In this document: positions 50,044-59,389 of the stretch, one piece after another
Position numbering within the stretch: position 1 is the first letter of the stretch
How the letters are laid out: every line of letters starts with the position of its first letter
Assembly: GCA_965213925.1 (NCBI GenBank)
Contig: OZ243927.1
Coordinates: 2,656,001 to 2,720,000, forward strand
Direction: 5' to 3'
Origin: Trueperaceae bacterium
GTDB lineage: Bacteria; Deinococcota; Deinococci; Deinococcales; Trueperaceae
Length of the DNA stretch: 64,000 bases
Program-made: the position numbers and the translations under genes
Notes under the pieces: model-generated
Database searches by the model: none
What the model was told of the DNA's origin: nothing
The model's input: only the letters and a program-made list of their open reading frames with translations

Positions 50044-50291
50044 TGTTCAAAGAAGCTTTACTTTTATGGAGTGAAGCACTCGGGCTCGCAAAGTTGCGAG
50101 ACAATCGATTATGGCAAGCTTATGTTCATCACAACATCGGCGAGATGTATCTTGAAAATAGTCGAGCCGAGCCGGGCAAAGAGTATCTACAAAAGGCTAT
50201 CGAACTCTACACGCTGAGCCACGCCGAGGTGGAGGTAAGGGAGGTAAAAGCCCTACTCGTTAGTGCGAGTTTACGCCGAATTAACGCTTGA
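50044..50291 (+). CDS. C-terminal TPR fragment
   Basis: EALLLWSEALGLAK..AYVHHNIGEMY..EYLQKAIELY; 5' part lost. Confidence 0.6.
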
Positions 50292-50748
50292 TCCGTAAGC
50301 TTCTTTTCGGGAGGAAATATACATGAGAGTATTGATGACTTTCCTAGTAATCGTAGTGCTTTTCTCTATTATTTTGTAACGCGTATGCGTCCACGTAAAT
50401 CTACGGTTACAGGCAAAGACTCAACTGAAGACACCGCATATGGCCGTCAAGAGCGTGCACAAGACGAATCAAAGTCTTTCGAGGATTTCCCAGATAGTGT
50501 TCCGCGTGCAAGAGGTGGGGATGATAAAACATCAAAACGGAAAGAAGAGTGAGCTTTTTGATTGTCGCCGAGCGCTCTATACGGGTAAACCTGAGTACTT
50601 TAGAGTAGAAAACACCATGACGCTCGAATAATGACAACCTTCTGACTGGTCCTCGGGAACTAGCGACGCATCACAGCTTAGTTAGTTGGCAGCGAGTACG
50701 GTAGCTCTAGAGTTCGTATCTCGAACGAGGAGGATTAGGAGAACGCCC

Positions 50749-51819
50749 GTGATCGTGAACCAGCTGAGCCAGTTGCTGACCGGTAAAAGCCGCGAGGGGC
50801 AGTTCTCCGGCTCCTTTCTAGTGATCCGAAAAGAGGAAAAGCTTGTTGAAGCGGCTTACGGCTACGCGCACAAAACTTGGAGGGTGAAGAACCAAGTGAA
50901 CACCCGCTTCCGCGTCGCGTCGGTCTCCAAGTTGTTCACAGCGGTCGCTGTATTGCAGCTCATCGAAGCGGGCAAGCTGGACTTTAATACGCGCGCCGCA
51001 GCGTTTCTTGACTTAGAAGATATGGCGATACCAGCAGACGTTACGGCTTATCACCTCCTCACCATGACCTCGGGCATTGCCGACTGGTTCGATGAGTCGG
51101 GCGACCCGGAGGAGAACTGGGCCGCTCTGGTTCGCGAGCATCCGCTCTACCTCTTCCGGCGCAATGAAGACTATCTGCCCCTCTTCGTGAACAAGCCCCC
51201 GGTCGGACTCACCGGAGCGAAACACCGTTACAACAACGCGAGCTATATCTTGCTCGGCTTGATGATCGAAAAAGTTTCAGGTCTCTCTTATTTTGATTAC
51301 GTGCGGCAGCATGTCTTCGCACAAGCGCGGATGACGCGCTCAGACTTCGTAGCGCTCGATGGTGTCGAAAGGGAGGTCGCCGAAGGATATATTCCCCTTT
51401 TTGACGAGCAAGGAAAAAGGACAGGCTGGAAGAAGAACGTCTACTCAGCGACGCCAGAAGCCGCTGCGGACGGCGGCGCGACCTCGACGGCTCACGACCT
51501 ATGCCGTTTCTCGAAAGCGCTCAGGGAGGGTCGGCTCTTATCTTCCGAGATGACTCAGGTGATGTTGAGACCTAAAGTACTCGAGGACGACGCGCCCTAC
51601 CGAGGCTACACCTGGAAGTACGGCTACGGCAACCTGTTCTTATTAGACGACGCGGACCGAATTGTGCGCTGGGGTCATACGGGCGAGGAGGGCGGGATAA
51701 GCTGCCGCTTGTATCACTACCCGCAGAAAGATGTAGACATAGCGATTCTCGGCAACCGGGGCGGGTGTGCGGGCGACTTGGCGTGGGAGCTGCATGACCT
51801 CGTCACGGCGGTTCTCTAG
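50749..51819 (+). CDS. Serine hydrolase (beta-lactamase/AmpC-like family)
   Basis: SVSK, LLTMTSG, YNN, GHTG. Confidence 0.9.
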   Translation: MIVNQLSQLLTGKSREGQFSGSFLVIRKEEKLVEAAYGYAHKTWRVKNQVNTRFRVASVSKLFTAVAVLQLIEAGKLDFNTRAAAFLDLEDMAIPADVTAYHLLTMTSGIADWFDESGDPEENWAALVREHPLYLFRRNEDYLPLFVNKPPVGLTGAKHRYNNASYILLGLMIEKVSGLSYFDYVRQHVFAQARMTRSDFVALDGVEREVAEGYIPLFDEQGKRTGWKKNVYSATPEAAADGGATSTAHDLCRFSKALREGRLLSSEMTQVMLRPKVLEDDAPYRGYTWKYGYGNLFLLDDADRIVRWGHTGEEGGISCRLYHYPQKDVDIAILGNRGGCAGDLAWELHDLVTAVL

Positions 51820-51909
51820 TCCGGACTTGCTTGTATCTGATTGACGCCCGGTAAGCACCTGACTTCTAGTATTCAGGACGTGACGAAAGACATTGAGAGA
51901 GGACTGTAC

Positions 51910-52866
51910 GTGACAACTCAAACCACCTCGACGCCGGGACTTCATCTTCTCGACCGCTATTGGAGACTTCTAACGCGCGTCGTCGATCTCTGCATGCTGC
52001 TCCTCGTCATGGCCGCCTTAGCCGTTGTTCTTAAGACCCTGTGGCCGACAACACTACCCTATGTGCCGACGCGCGCGACGACGCTGTTCGTCGTTGGTGT
52101 CAGCTATTTTGGCCTGTTCAACAGTCGTCTTGCCGAGGGACAAACTCTGGGCAAACGGCTGCTCGGGTGTCGGCTGGTGGACGTCCAGGGTCGGTGCATC
52201 TCGCTGAGCCGCTCGATCCTGCGCAGCGCGGTCGTTGGTCTGCCTCTACTGTTCGTCGACCTCGCATGGTCACTCAGCGCGGGAACGGTTTACGTCGGGA
52301 GCACTCCTCCCCTCATCGGCCTCTATCTACGTTGGGTCGCCTTCGCTTTGTTCGTGTTCATACTCTGGTTTGATAAGGAGGGGCGCGACGTCCACCGCTC
52401 GATCTACGACCTGTTTGTTGGGACATACGTGACTAAAAAGGACGCTACCGCGCCTTTTTCTGCCGTCTCGATCTCCTGGCGGCGTGTCGGTTTAGCCGCG
52501 CTTAGCGCTGCTATCTTCACCGGCGTCCTGCAAGAGCGGCTCTGGACTCCCCAGGCGTCGTTTACCGCAGTCCGACAGGCGGCGGCCCTCGAGCAGAGGT
52601 TGCGAAACGACGCGGACATGGAACTCCGTGAGGTTTACGTCACGACTGACGTTTACGACGAGGAAACGGCGTACGTCGAGGTCGCGCTGACGCCTACACT
52701 GCACCGGGCGTCAGCGCAAACCACTAAGAGGGTCGCCGGAGCCGTTCTCGCGGTCTATCCAGCGCTAGGGCCACGGCGCGACCTCGAGGTGCGCGTCGGC
52801 TATAGAGAGCCGCTGACCCAGGCACTAGCTCGGGTACACAGAAAGAAGCAGCCTGTCGAGGTCTAG
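51910..52866 (+). CDS. RDD family membrane protein
   Basis: WRLLTRVVD, GQTLGKRLLG, RSIYDLFVGTYV. Confidence 0.85.
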   Translation: MTTQTTSTPGLHLLDRYWRLLTRVVDLCMLLLVMAALAVVLKTLWPTTLPYVPTRATTLFVVGVSYFGLFNSRLAEGQTLGKRLLGCRLVDVQGRCISLSRSILRSAVVGLPLLFVDLAWSLSAGTVYVGSTPPLIGLYLRWVAFALFVFILWFDKEGRDVHRSIYDLFVGTYVTKKDATAPFSAVSISWRRVGLAALSAAIFTGVLQERLWTPQASFTAVRQAAALEQRLRNDADMELREVYVTTDVYDEETAYVEVALTPTLHRASAQTTKRVAGAVLAVYPALGPRRDLEVRVGYREPLTQALARVHRKKQPVEV

Positions 52867-52877
52867 CGGGAGCAGCC

Positions 52878-53291
52878 TCAGTCATCACGGCGAAGCGCCT
52901 CACTGAGCTCGAGTCTATTCACTTTCAGCTCGTCGTCACTCGCCCTCGAAACGGTCCCCTCCAGCATCTTCTTTGAGGTGAGGTCGTGGTAGTCGTGCAT
53001 CGGGATCAGGTGTAGGTGGGCGTGGGGGATGTCCATGCCCGCGACGAGCATGCCGACTTTGAGGGGTTTGAAGACGCGCCGCTGTGCTTTAGCGATTCGC
53101 TTCGCCAGCCGCGTTATGTCGAGGTGGACGTCGTCGCCTAGGTCGAAGAAGTCCGGCTCATGCTCCTTAGGGATGACGAGAACGTGACCCGGGCGGATCG
53201 GGCTGACGTCCGAGAAGGCGACCGAGTACGCGCCGACGGCTAAAAGTTCTTCGGGCTCGTTAACTAACTGGCAAAAGGGACAAGGTTTCAT
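52878..53291 (-). CDS. HIT family protein
   Basis: CPFC, GHVLVIPK, HAHLHLIP. Confidence 0.92.
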   Translation of the reverse strand: MKPCPFCQLVNEPEELLAVGAYSVAFSDVSPIRPGHVLVIPKEHEPDFFDLGDDVHLDITRLAKRIAKAQRRVFKPLKVGMLVAGMDIPHAHLHLIPMHDYHDLTSKKMLEGTVSRASDDELKVNRLELSEALRRDD

Positions 53292-53607
53292 GGACTTCGC
53301 CTGACCACCGTCATACCGCAACCTATGGGGTAGCTTCCTGAGAGTATTTGTAGTTGCCGCACCTTGTAAAAGTAGCGTGAGTAGATGAGCATCCCTATTG
53401 ATTACTCAAGAAATGATGCTCTTTTGCTTAATATGCTTGGAGCGATCTCGCTGTGCAAGTCTTTAGACTCTACTACTTTATGTCGCTGCGTCGCTACGGT
53501 ATTACTTTGTCTAAAGAGAGGCAGCCTAGTTGTTTGAGTCATGCACGCAGCGCCCCTGTAACAAAATGTTGGGTAGTGCGGCGAACCGAGCCTATCGTGG
53601 CATAACT

Positions 53608-53637
53608 TTTGTGGAGTGACGCGTGTCTCTCGCAGAA
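53608..53637. repeat. Degenerate boundary site (4-nt core)
   Basis: TTTGTGGAGTGAC GCGT GTCTCTCGCAGAA; right arm identical to that of the 12973 site. Confidence 0.7.
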
Positions 53638-53720
53638 GACTAAGAAAAGCGGCGAGCCTTCGGAGCTGTAGGCATGTCGAGCGCGTTGCCGCCTTGCCAG
53701 AAGGGTGTAATACTCGGCGT

Positions 53721-55028
53721 ATGCTCACGGATGAGATCACTTTCGCCCCCGCCGCCACCCTCGCTAGGGCGATAAGGCTTAAAGACCTCTCCTCCGTAGA
53801 GGTGGTCGAGGTCTACCTCAAGCGAACCGAGGTGGTGAACCCTAGCCTCAACGCCGTCGTGCAGCTCGCCGCGGAAGCCGCCCTGAGCGACGCGCGGCTG
53901 GCCGACGAAGCCCTCGCGCGAGGAGATACGACCGGCCCTTTGCACGGCGTCCCTTTCACCGTTAAAGACTGGCTCGAGACGAAGGGAGTGGTATGCACCG
54001 CGGGCGAAGAGAGGCACCGAAGGTACGTTCCGAAGCATGACGCCACCGCCGTGGCGCGGCTGCGCGAGGCCGGCGGCATCTTCCTCGGCAAGACCAACAT
54101 TACCGTCAACAACCCCGTCTACGGGCGCACCAATAACCCCTACAACCTGGCGTACACGCCAGCGGGTAGCAGCAGCGGCGAGGCGGCTATCATCGCGGCG
54201 GGCGGCTCACCTTTGGGGTTGGGCAGCGACTCGGGCGGGAGCATCCGCCAGCCCGCTCACAACTGCGGCATCGCCGGGTTCAAGCCGAGCACGGGCAGGG
54301 TCCCCCTCACAGGGCACCTGCCGCGCATCAACCCCATGAGCGACCCCCGCACGACGATTGGACCGATGGCGCGCTACGTAGAAGACCTGGCGCTCGCGCT
54401 GCCCGTCATCAGCGGCGTGGACTGGCAGGACGCCAGCGTCGTTCCCGTGCCGCTCGGCCACTGGCAGGACGTCGGGGTAGAGCGCCTGCGCGTGGCCTTC
54501 TACACGAGACACGAGCACGCCGAGCCGACCCCGGAGACGGACGAGGTGGTGAGAAGGGCGGCGCGAGCCCTCGCCCGGCTCGAGGTCGAGGAGGCGCGGC
54601 CCGAGCGGGTCGAGGAAGCGTACGCGATCACCCGCGCCTATTGGCAGCGGCCCGAGTCGGAATCGTGGGACGCGTGGGCGCCCGACGGTGAGGCGAAGCT
54701 GAGCGGCGAGGAGGTCGAGCGACACCTGTTCGAGTGGGACCGGTTCCGGCGCAGCCTTATCCGCTTCATGGCGCACTACGACGTCATCTTGACGCCTGTC
54801 GCCGAAAAACCTGCCGTGCCCCATGGCGAGTCGGAAGGCGGCATCCCCTACACACTGCCCTACAGCCTCACGGGCTACCCCTGCGCGGTGGTGCGCGGCG
54901 GCAGCTCGCCCGAGGGGCTGCCGATCGGGGTGCAGGTCGTGGCGAGGCCGTGGCGCGATGACGTGGCGCTCGCGGTCGCGCACTATCTCGAGCAGGCTCT
55001 GGGGGGATACCGAAAGCCTGCGATCTAG
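53721..55028 (+). CDS. Amidase-signature family enzyme
   Basis: GPLHGVPFTVKD, GSSSGE, GSDSGGSIR, GLPIGVQ. Confidence 0.92.
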   Translation: MLTDEITFAPAATLARAIRLKDLSSVEVVEVYLKRTEVVNPSLNAVVQLAAEAALSDARLADEALARGDTTGPLHGVPFTVKDWLETKGVVCTAGEERHRRYVPKHDATAVARLREAGGIFLGKTNITVNNPVYGRTNNPYNLAYTPAGSSSGEAAIIAAGGSPLGLGSDSGGSIRQPAHNCGIAGFKPSTGRVPLTGHLPRINPMSDPRTTIGPMARYVEDLALALPVISGVDWQDASVVPVPLGHWQDVGVERLRVAFYTRHEHAEPTPETDEVVRRAARALARLEVEEARPERVEEAYAITRAYWQRPESESWDAWAPDGEAKLSGEEVERHLFEWDRFRRSLIRFMAHYDVILTPVAEKPAVPHGESEGGIPYTLPYSLTGYPCAVVRGGSSPEGLPIGVQVVARPWRDDVALAVAHYLEQALGGYRKPAI

Positions 55029-55135
55029 AGGCGCGCTTGTTACGCCCACGCCCTGGGCTATCGGTCTTGTCATCACTTTACTTACCTACGTACCAGGACG
55101 ATTGCGCGCCTGACCGGGTCGTCGCTGCTTAAGCG

Positions 55136-55167
55136 GTGTGCGAGAGACGCGCGCGTCTCTCGCATTG
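55136..55167. repeat. 32-bp palindromic boundary site (perfect 26-bp palindrome)
   Basis: GTGTGCGAGAGAC GCGCGC GTCTCTCGCATTG. Confidence 0.9.
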
Positions 55168-55260
55168 CGCTTTAACACCCCTTGAGCTATCTTCCGGTTG
55201 GCATAGCAATAAGTGGGCAATTATGCTATCAACTATGGTATAATTGCCAAGAGGTGCAAG

Positions 55261-55653
55261 ATGACCGTTCAACAGTTGGTTCAAAGCAACAGCACGGAGC
55301 GCATTGCAGCAGTTCGCGAAGGGCTCTCCTTCGAGAGCTTCGTCACGTTGCGTGAAGCCTTAGGCGTGAGTACGGATGAGCTCGCTCAGCTTTTGGGCAT
55401 CCCCCGTCGCACGCTGACCAAGCGGCAGAGCGAGGGTGTCTTTAAGCTCGCTGAGAGCAACGCCATCAGCCGGGTTGCTCGTGTGTACAAAGAAGCGCTC
55501 GACTTTTTCGATGACGAGGTGGATACCCTAAGGTGGCTTAAGACACCCTTGCCTGCGCTCGGCGGAACGCCTCTGGACCTGCTCGATACCGACCCCGGCG
55601 CAGATGCGGTGAGCACGCTACTGGCTCAACTCGCCTGGGGCATCTATCCTTGA
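55261..55653 (+). CDS. Xre/MbcA/ParS-type antitoxin
   Basis: HTH (LAQLLGIPRRTL), ES..SRVARV, WLKTPLPALGGTPLDLLDT..G. Confidence 0.92.
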   Translation: MTVQQLVQSNSTERIAAVREGLSFESFVTLREALGVSTDELAQLLGIPRRTLTKRQSEGVFKLAESNAISRVARVYKEALDFFDDEVDTLRWLKTPLPALGGTPLDLLDTDPGADAVSTLLAQLAWGIYP

Positions 55654-56105
55654 TCGTCGCTTGGCGGCTCACGCATGAGCGCTTCAAAGATCAGGCAACG
55701 AGTGGTAACGGCGGGCTGTTCGCACCAGGGCGCTGGCACAGCCAAGGAAGATATATTGTGTATAGCTCGAGCAGCTTGGCGCTTGCCACACTCGAGCTGT
55801 TCGTGAATTTGCAGAACAGGCGGCAGCTCGCTCACTATGTCAAGAGCCAAATAGAGATTCCTGAAGCGCTTACCGAAATCCTAGAAGAGGCTGCTCTAAG
55901 GACGTTTTTAAGGGCTCCTGACCAGTTTGATAGCCGCAGCTACGGCGACTCGTGGTTCGCTGGGGAGCGAAGCTGCGTACTCCGGGTTCCGAGTCGGGTG
56001 GTACCGCAGGAATGGAATTACCTCATTAACCCATTGCACGCAGACTTCGAGAAGATCACCGCCTCGACCAACCTATACGAGGTGGATGAGCGCCTCTTGC
56101 CATAA
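55650..56105 (+). CDS. RES-domain toxin
   Basis: WR..GRWHSQG..VYSSSSLALATLE..LRVPSRVVP.E.NYLINPLH. Confidence 0.92.
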   Translation: MIVAWRLTHERFKDQATSGNGGLFAPGRWHSQGRYIVYSSSSLALATLELFVNLQNRRQLAHYVKSQIEIPEALTEILEEAALRTFLRAPDQFDSRSYGDSWFAGERSCVLRVPSRVVPQEWNYLINPLHADFEKITASTNLYEVDERLLP

Positions 56106-56119
56106 AGCAGTAATCAGAG

Positions 56120-56149
56120 TTGTGCACCGAACGCGCGTTAGCTGCATAA
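56120..56149. repeat. Boundary site with 4-nt core
   Basis: TTGTGCACCGAAC GCGC GTTAGCTGCATAA. Confidence 0.8.
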
Positions 56150-56186
56150 AATTTTCGACCATCGGTAAAGGATTCACACGCTCACC

Positions 56187-56680
56187 CTACTTCCCGTACA
56201 CCACCATGTTCCGCCACGCCGCCTTACCCTCGTAGAGCGCCCTGTCCGCCCGGGCAAATAGTGCGGAGTCGTCAGCGTCTCGTAACGTCGCGACGCCTAG
56301 GGTGGCGGTGAGGGATAGAGCCCCATGCACCGTCACGACAGGATTGTCACTGAGCGCCCGCCTCACCCGCTCAGCCAAGACCAGTGCACCCGCTACGTCC
56401 GTTTCCGGCAAAACGAGTGCGAACTCCTCCCCGCCCAAACGTCCGAACAGGTCGGCGGTGCAGATGAGCCTTTTGATTCGCTCGGCTACAGCTCGCAGCA
56501 CCTCGTCACCTACTGCATGACTGTAGCGGTCGTTGTTCCCCTTGAAGGGGTCGAGGTCGATCAGGATGACAGCGAGCGGGTGGCGGTAGCGCTTGGCTTG
56601 GGAAAGGGCGCGTTCGCCCCCCGAGCAAGAAGTGGCGGCTCATCACCCCGGTCAGAGAATTATAGAAAGCGAGATTCGCG
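56187..56680 (-). pseudogene. GGDEF diguanylate cyclase remnant with frameshifts
   Basis: LAFYNSLTG / RYRHPLAVILIDLDPFK / NDRYSHAVGDEVL..GRLGGEEF..ADRALYEGK are not in one frame. Confidence 0.8.
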
Positions 56681-57104
56681 AACGGTTGGAGCAGCAAGAC
56701 TTGGGGGGACGCCACCTTTAATCCCATCAGTAAAGAGCGCCAGCGAGCGTCTGGGCTAGCTTGAGGTAAGTTTGGCGACAAACTATGACCAACCTCAAAA
56801 ATGCCTTGCTGGATAAGGGAACTCGCCTCGCTGCTCGAACTATCTTGTTCAACATCCTATTTCTCTAAATGGCGACACTCGCGGTGACCGATCACCCTCT
56901 AGGAGTGAGGTCATACATTGAGCTATACACAAGAATATAGCGCAATCTATCCTTAAACAGTTTGAAGGATATGATCCAATTTCTTTCATATTCAGACTTT
57001 TACTACTCTGAAAAGTTTGGTCTTTGCGCTAAATATGACACGCAACGTACACCCCACTGTAGCGTTGCAGTTGGGTTAAAGTGAGCGGACATCAGGAGGC
57101 AATC

Positions 57105-58439
57105 ATGAGTGACTTTCCAGAGGGTTTCGTATGGGGCGTGTCGACCTCGAGCTACCAAATCGAGGGCGCGTGGGACGAGGACGGCAAGGGGCGCAGCATC
57201 TGGGACACCTTTTCGCATACACCGGGGAAGGTGGCGAAAGGACACACCGGCGACGAGGCGTGCGACCACTACAGGCGCTACGGCGAAGACATCGCGCTCA
57301 TGAAGGAGCTAGGTGTGAGCGCGTACCGCTTTTCGACGGCGTGGGCGCGGATTTTCCCGAACGGCAGCGGTAAACCCAACCGACAAGGGCGCGACTTTTA
57401 CGACAAGCTCGTCGACGACCTCTTGGACGCAGGCATCACGCCGTGGCTCTGCTTTTACCACTGGGACTTACCCCAGGCGTTGCAGGATAAGGGCGGCTGG
57501 ACGAGCCGCGACATCACCTATTGGTTTACGGACTACGCCGCGTACACCGCCGAACAGTACGGCGACAGGGTGGAGCACTTCGCGATGCTCAACGAGCCTA
57601 ACGTCGTCGCGCTCATAGGGCACCTTCTAGGGATTCACGCGCCGGGGCTGCAAGATATCGGTGCGTACGCGGCGAGCACGCATCACCTCAACTTAGCGCA
57701 GGGGGAAGCGCTCTCGAGGCTTCGCGAGATGAATTCCTCGTGGCAGCTCGGCACGGTCTTGAACATGCAGCCGGTCCATCCCAAAAACGAGTCCGAGCAG
57801 GACGCGCAAGCCGCCGCGCTCTTTGACGCCGTGTGGAACCGCAACTTCGCGGACCCGCTTTTCAAGGGACGTTACCCCGAACAGACGTTAACGATGATCG
57901 AGCCGTTTATTCAGGACGGTGACCTGAACAAAACGCAGCAACCTCTGGACTTTTTCGGGCTCAACCTCTATAGCCGCACGCTCATCCAAGCGGACAACAG
58001 CCTGCTCGGGATGGGACAAGCGCCGCCGCCTGAGGACGCCCAACTGACCGACATGGGCTGGGAGGTCCTCCCGGACGCGCTCTTTGAGCAGCTTATGGAG
58101 CTTAAAAACGACTACGGCAACCCCGACATCTACGTGACCGAGAACGGCGCGGCCTTTCCCGACACCTTGACGGACGACGGCGTAGACGACCCCAAGCGCG
58201 TCGCCTTTTACCGCGACTACTTGTGGGCAGCGCAGAGCGCTTTAGGTGAAGGCGCGAACCTCAAAGGCTACTTCGCCTGGACGCTCCTGGACAACTTCGA
58301 GTGGGCGGAGGGCTATACGAAGAGGTTCGGACTCGTCCACGTGGACTTCGCGACGCAAAAGCGCACGCCTAAGCGCTCTTTCGAGTATTTCTCTGAGGTG
58401 GTGAGCGAGAACGCGCTACCGGATGTGGATGAGGAATGA
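57105..58439 (+). CDS. GH1 beta-glucosidase
   Basis: SSYQIEG, YHWDLPQ, LNEP, VTENG, DNFEW. Confidence 0.95.
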   Translation: MSDFPEGFVWGVSTSSYQIEGAWDEDGKGRSIWDTFSHTPGKVAKGHTGDEACDHYRRYGEDIALMKELGVSAYRFSTAWARIFPNGSGKPNRQGRDFYDKLVDDLLDAGITPWLCFYHWDLPQALQDKGGWTSRDITYWFTDYAAYTAEQYGDRVEHFAMLNEPNVVALIGHLLGIHAPGLQDIGAYAASTHHLNLAQGEALSRLREMNSSWQLGTVLNMQPVHPKNESEQDAQAAALFDAVWNRNFADPLFKGRYPEQTLTMIEPFIQDGDLNKTQQPLDFFGLNLYSRTLIQADNSLLGMGQAPPPEDAQLTDMGWEVLPDALFEQLMELKNDYGNPDIYVTENGAAFPDTLTDDGVDDPKRVAFYRDYLWAAQSALGEGANLKGYFAWTLLDNFEWAEGYTKRFGLVHVDFATQKRTPKRSFEYFSEVVSENALPDVDEE

Positions 58440-58516
58440 GGCTCAGACGAAGCGCTCATTCCCCGAGTTCTTTAGCCTTCACGGTTGAAGAACAACCACC
58501 TTCAGCGCTACTCCCC

Positions 58517-59389
58517 TCACCCCTTCGTGCCCGTCAGCACCACCCCTTCGATGATCTGCTTTTGAAACACGAAAAAGACCAAGAGCACGGGCAAAATCGC
58601 CAGCGCGTTCGCCGCCATAATGAGGTTCCAGGCGGTGCCCGACTCACCGGAGAAGAGCGAGATGCCGACCGGCACGGTGCGCATGTCGGGGCTTTTGGCG
58701 ACGATGAGGGGCCACAAGTAGGCGTTCCAGTTGCCGATGAAGGCGAAGATGCCCAAGGCGGCTAAGGCGGGGCGCACGAGCGGCAGCCCGATATACCAGA
58801 ACAGCCCGAACTCGCTGACCCCGTCCACGCGCCCCGCGTCGAAGAGGTCGCGGGGCAGGCTCTGGAAAAACTGCCGCATCAAAAAGACGCCGAAGGCGGG
58901 CATGAGACCGGGGAAGGCGATGCCCCAAAAGGTGTTCACCCAGCCTAGGTCGCTCGAGGTCACGAACCAAGGGATGACCAGCATCTCGGTGGGAATCATC
59001 AGCGTGGACAAGATGACGATGAAGATGAGGTTTTGTCCCGGAAAGCGCATTCGGGTTAGCGTATAGCCGATGAGCGAGCAGAAGAAGAGCGCCGAAACTG
59101 TGGTAAAAGCGGCAACGACGAAGCTGTTAAAAAACCAGCGCGGAAAGCTCGTGTCGAAAACGACCTGGCGGTAATTCTCCAAGGTCCACTCGTTCGGCAA
59201 GATGTTGAGCGCCAAAATCTCGCGGATGTCTTTGAACGAGCTGAGCATCATCCACAGAAAGGGAAAGAACATCGCCACGCTGCCGAGGGCGAGCAGCGTG
59301 TAGGCGAGGACGGTGGAGACTGATAGGGTGCGTTTCCTGCGGGCGTGTTCGGCCCTTGGCTGCGTGACGGACTCCGTTTGAACCGCCAT
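58517..59389 (-). CDS. Carbohydrate ABC permease
   Basis: DAGRVDG, WNAYLWPL; start MAVQTES overlaps upstream stop. Confidence 0.9.
   Translation of the reverse strand: MAVQTESVTQPRAEHARRKRTLSVSTVLAYTLLALGSVAMFFPFLWMMLSSFKDIREILALNILPNEWTLENYRQVVFDTSFPRWFFNSFVVAAFTTVSALFFCSLIGYTLTRMRFPGQNLIFIVILSTLMIPTEMLVIPWFVTSSDLGWVNTFWGIAFPGLMPAFGVFLMRQFFQSLPRDLFDAGRVDGVSEFGLFWYIGLPLVRPALAALGIFAFIGNWNAYLWPLIVAKSPDMRTVPVGISLFSGESGTAWNLIMAANALAILPVLLVFFVFQKQIIEGVVLTGTKG

Noticed and set aside
54207..55076. Long antisense/overlapping ORFs (e.g. 54207-55076, 8998-9666, 14436-15098, 42290-42955)
   Set aside because: Shadow frames of well-supported genes in GC-rich DNA.
12973..56149. Boundary repeats as a CRISPR array
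   Set aside because: Copies are hundreds of bases to many kb apart, separated by whole genes, and degenerate; no cas genes.
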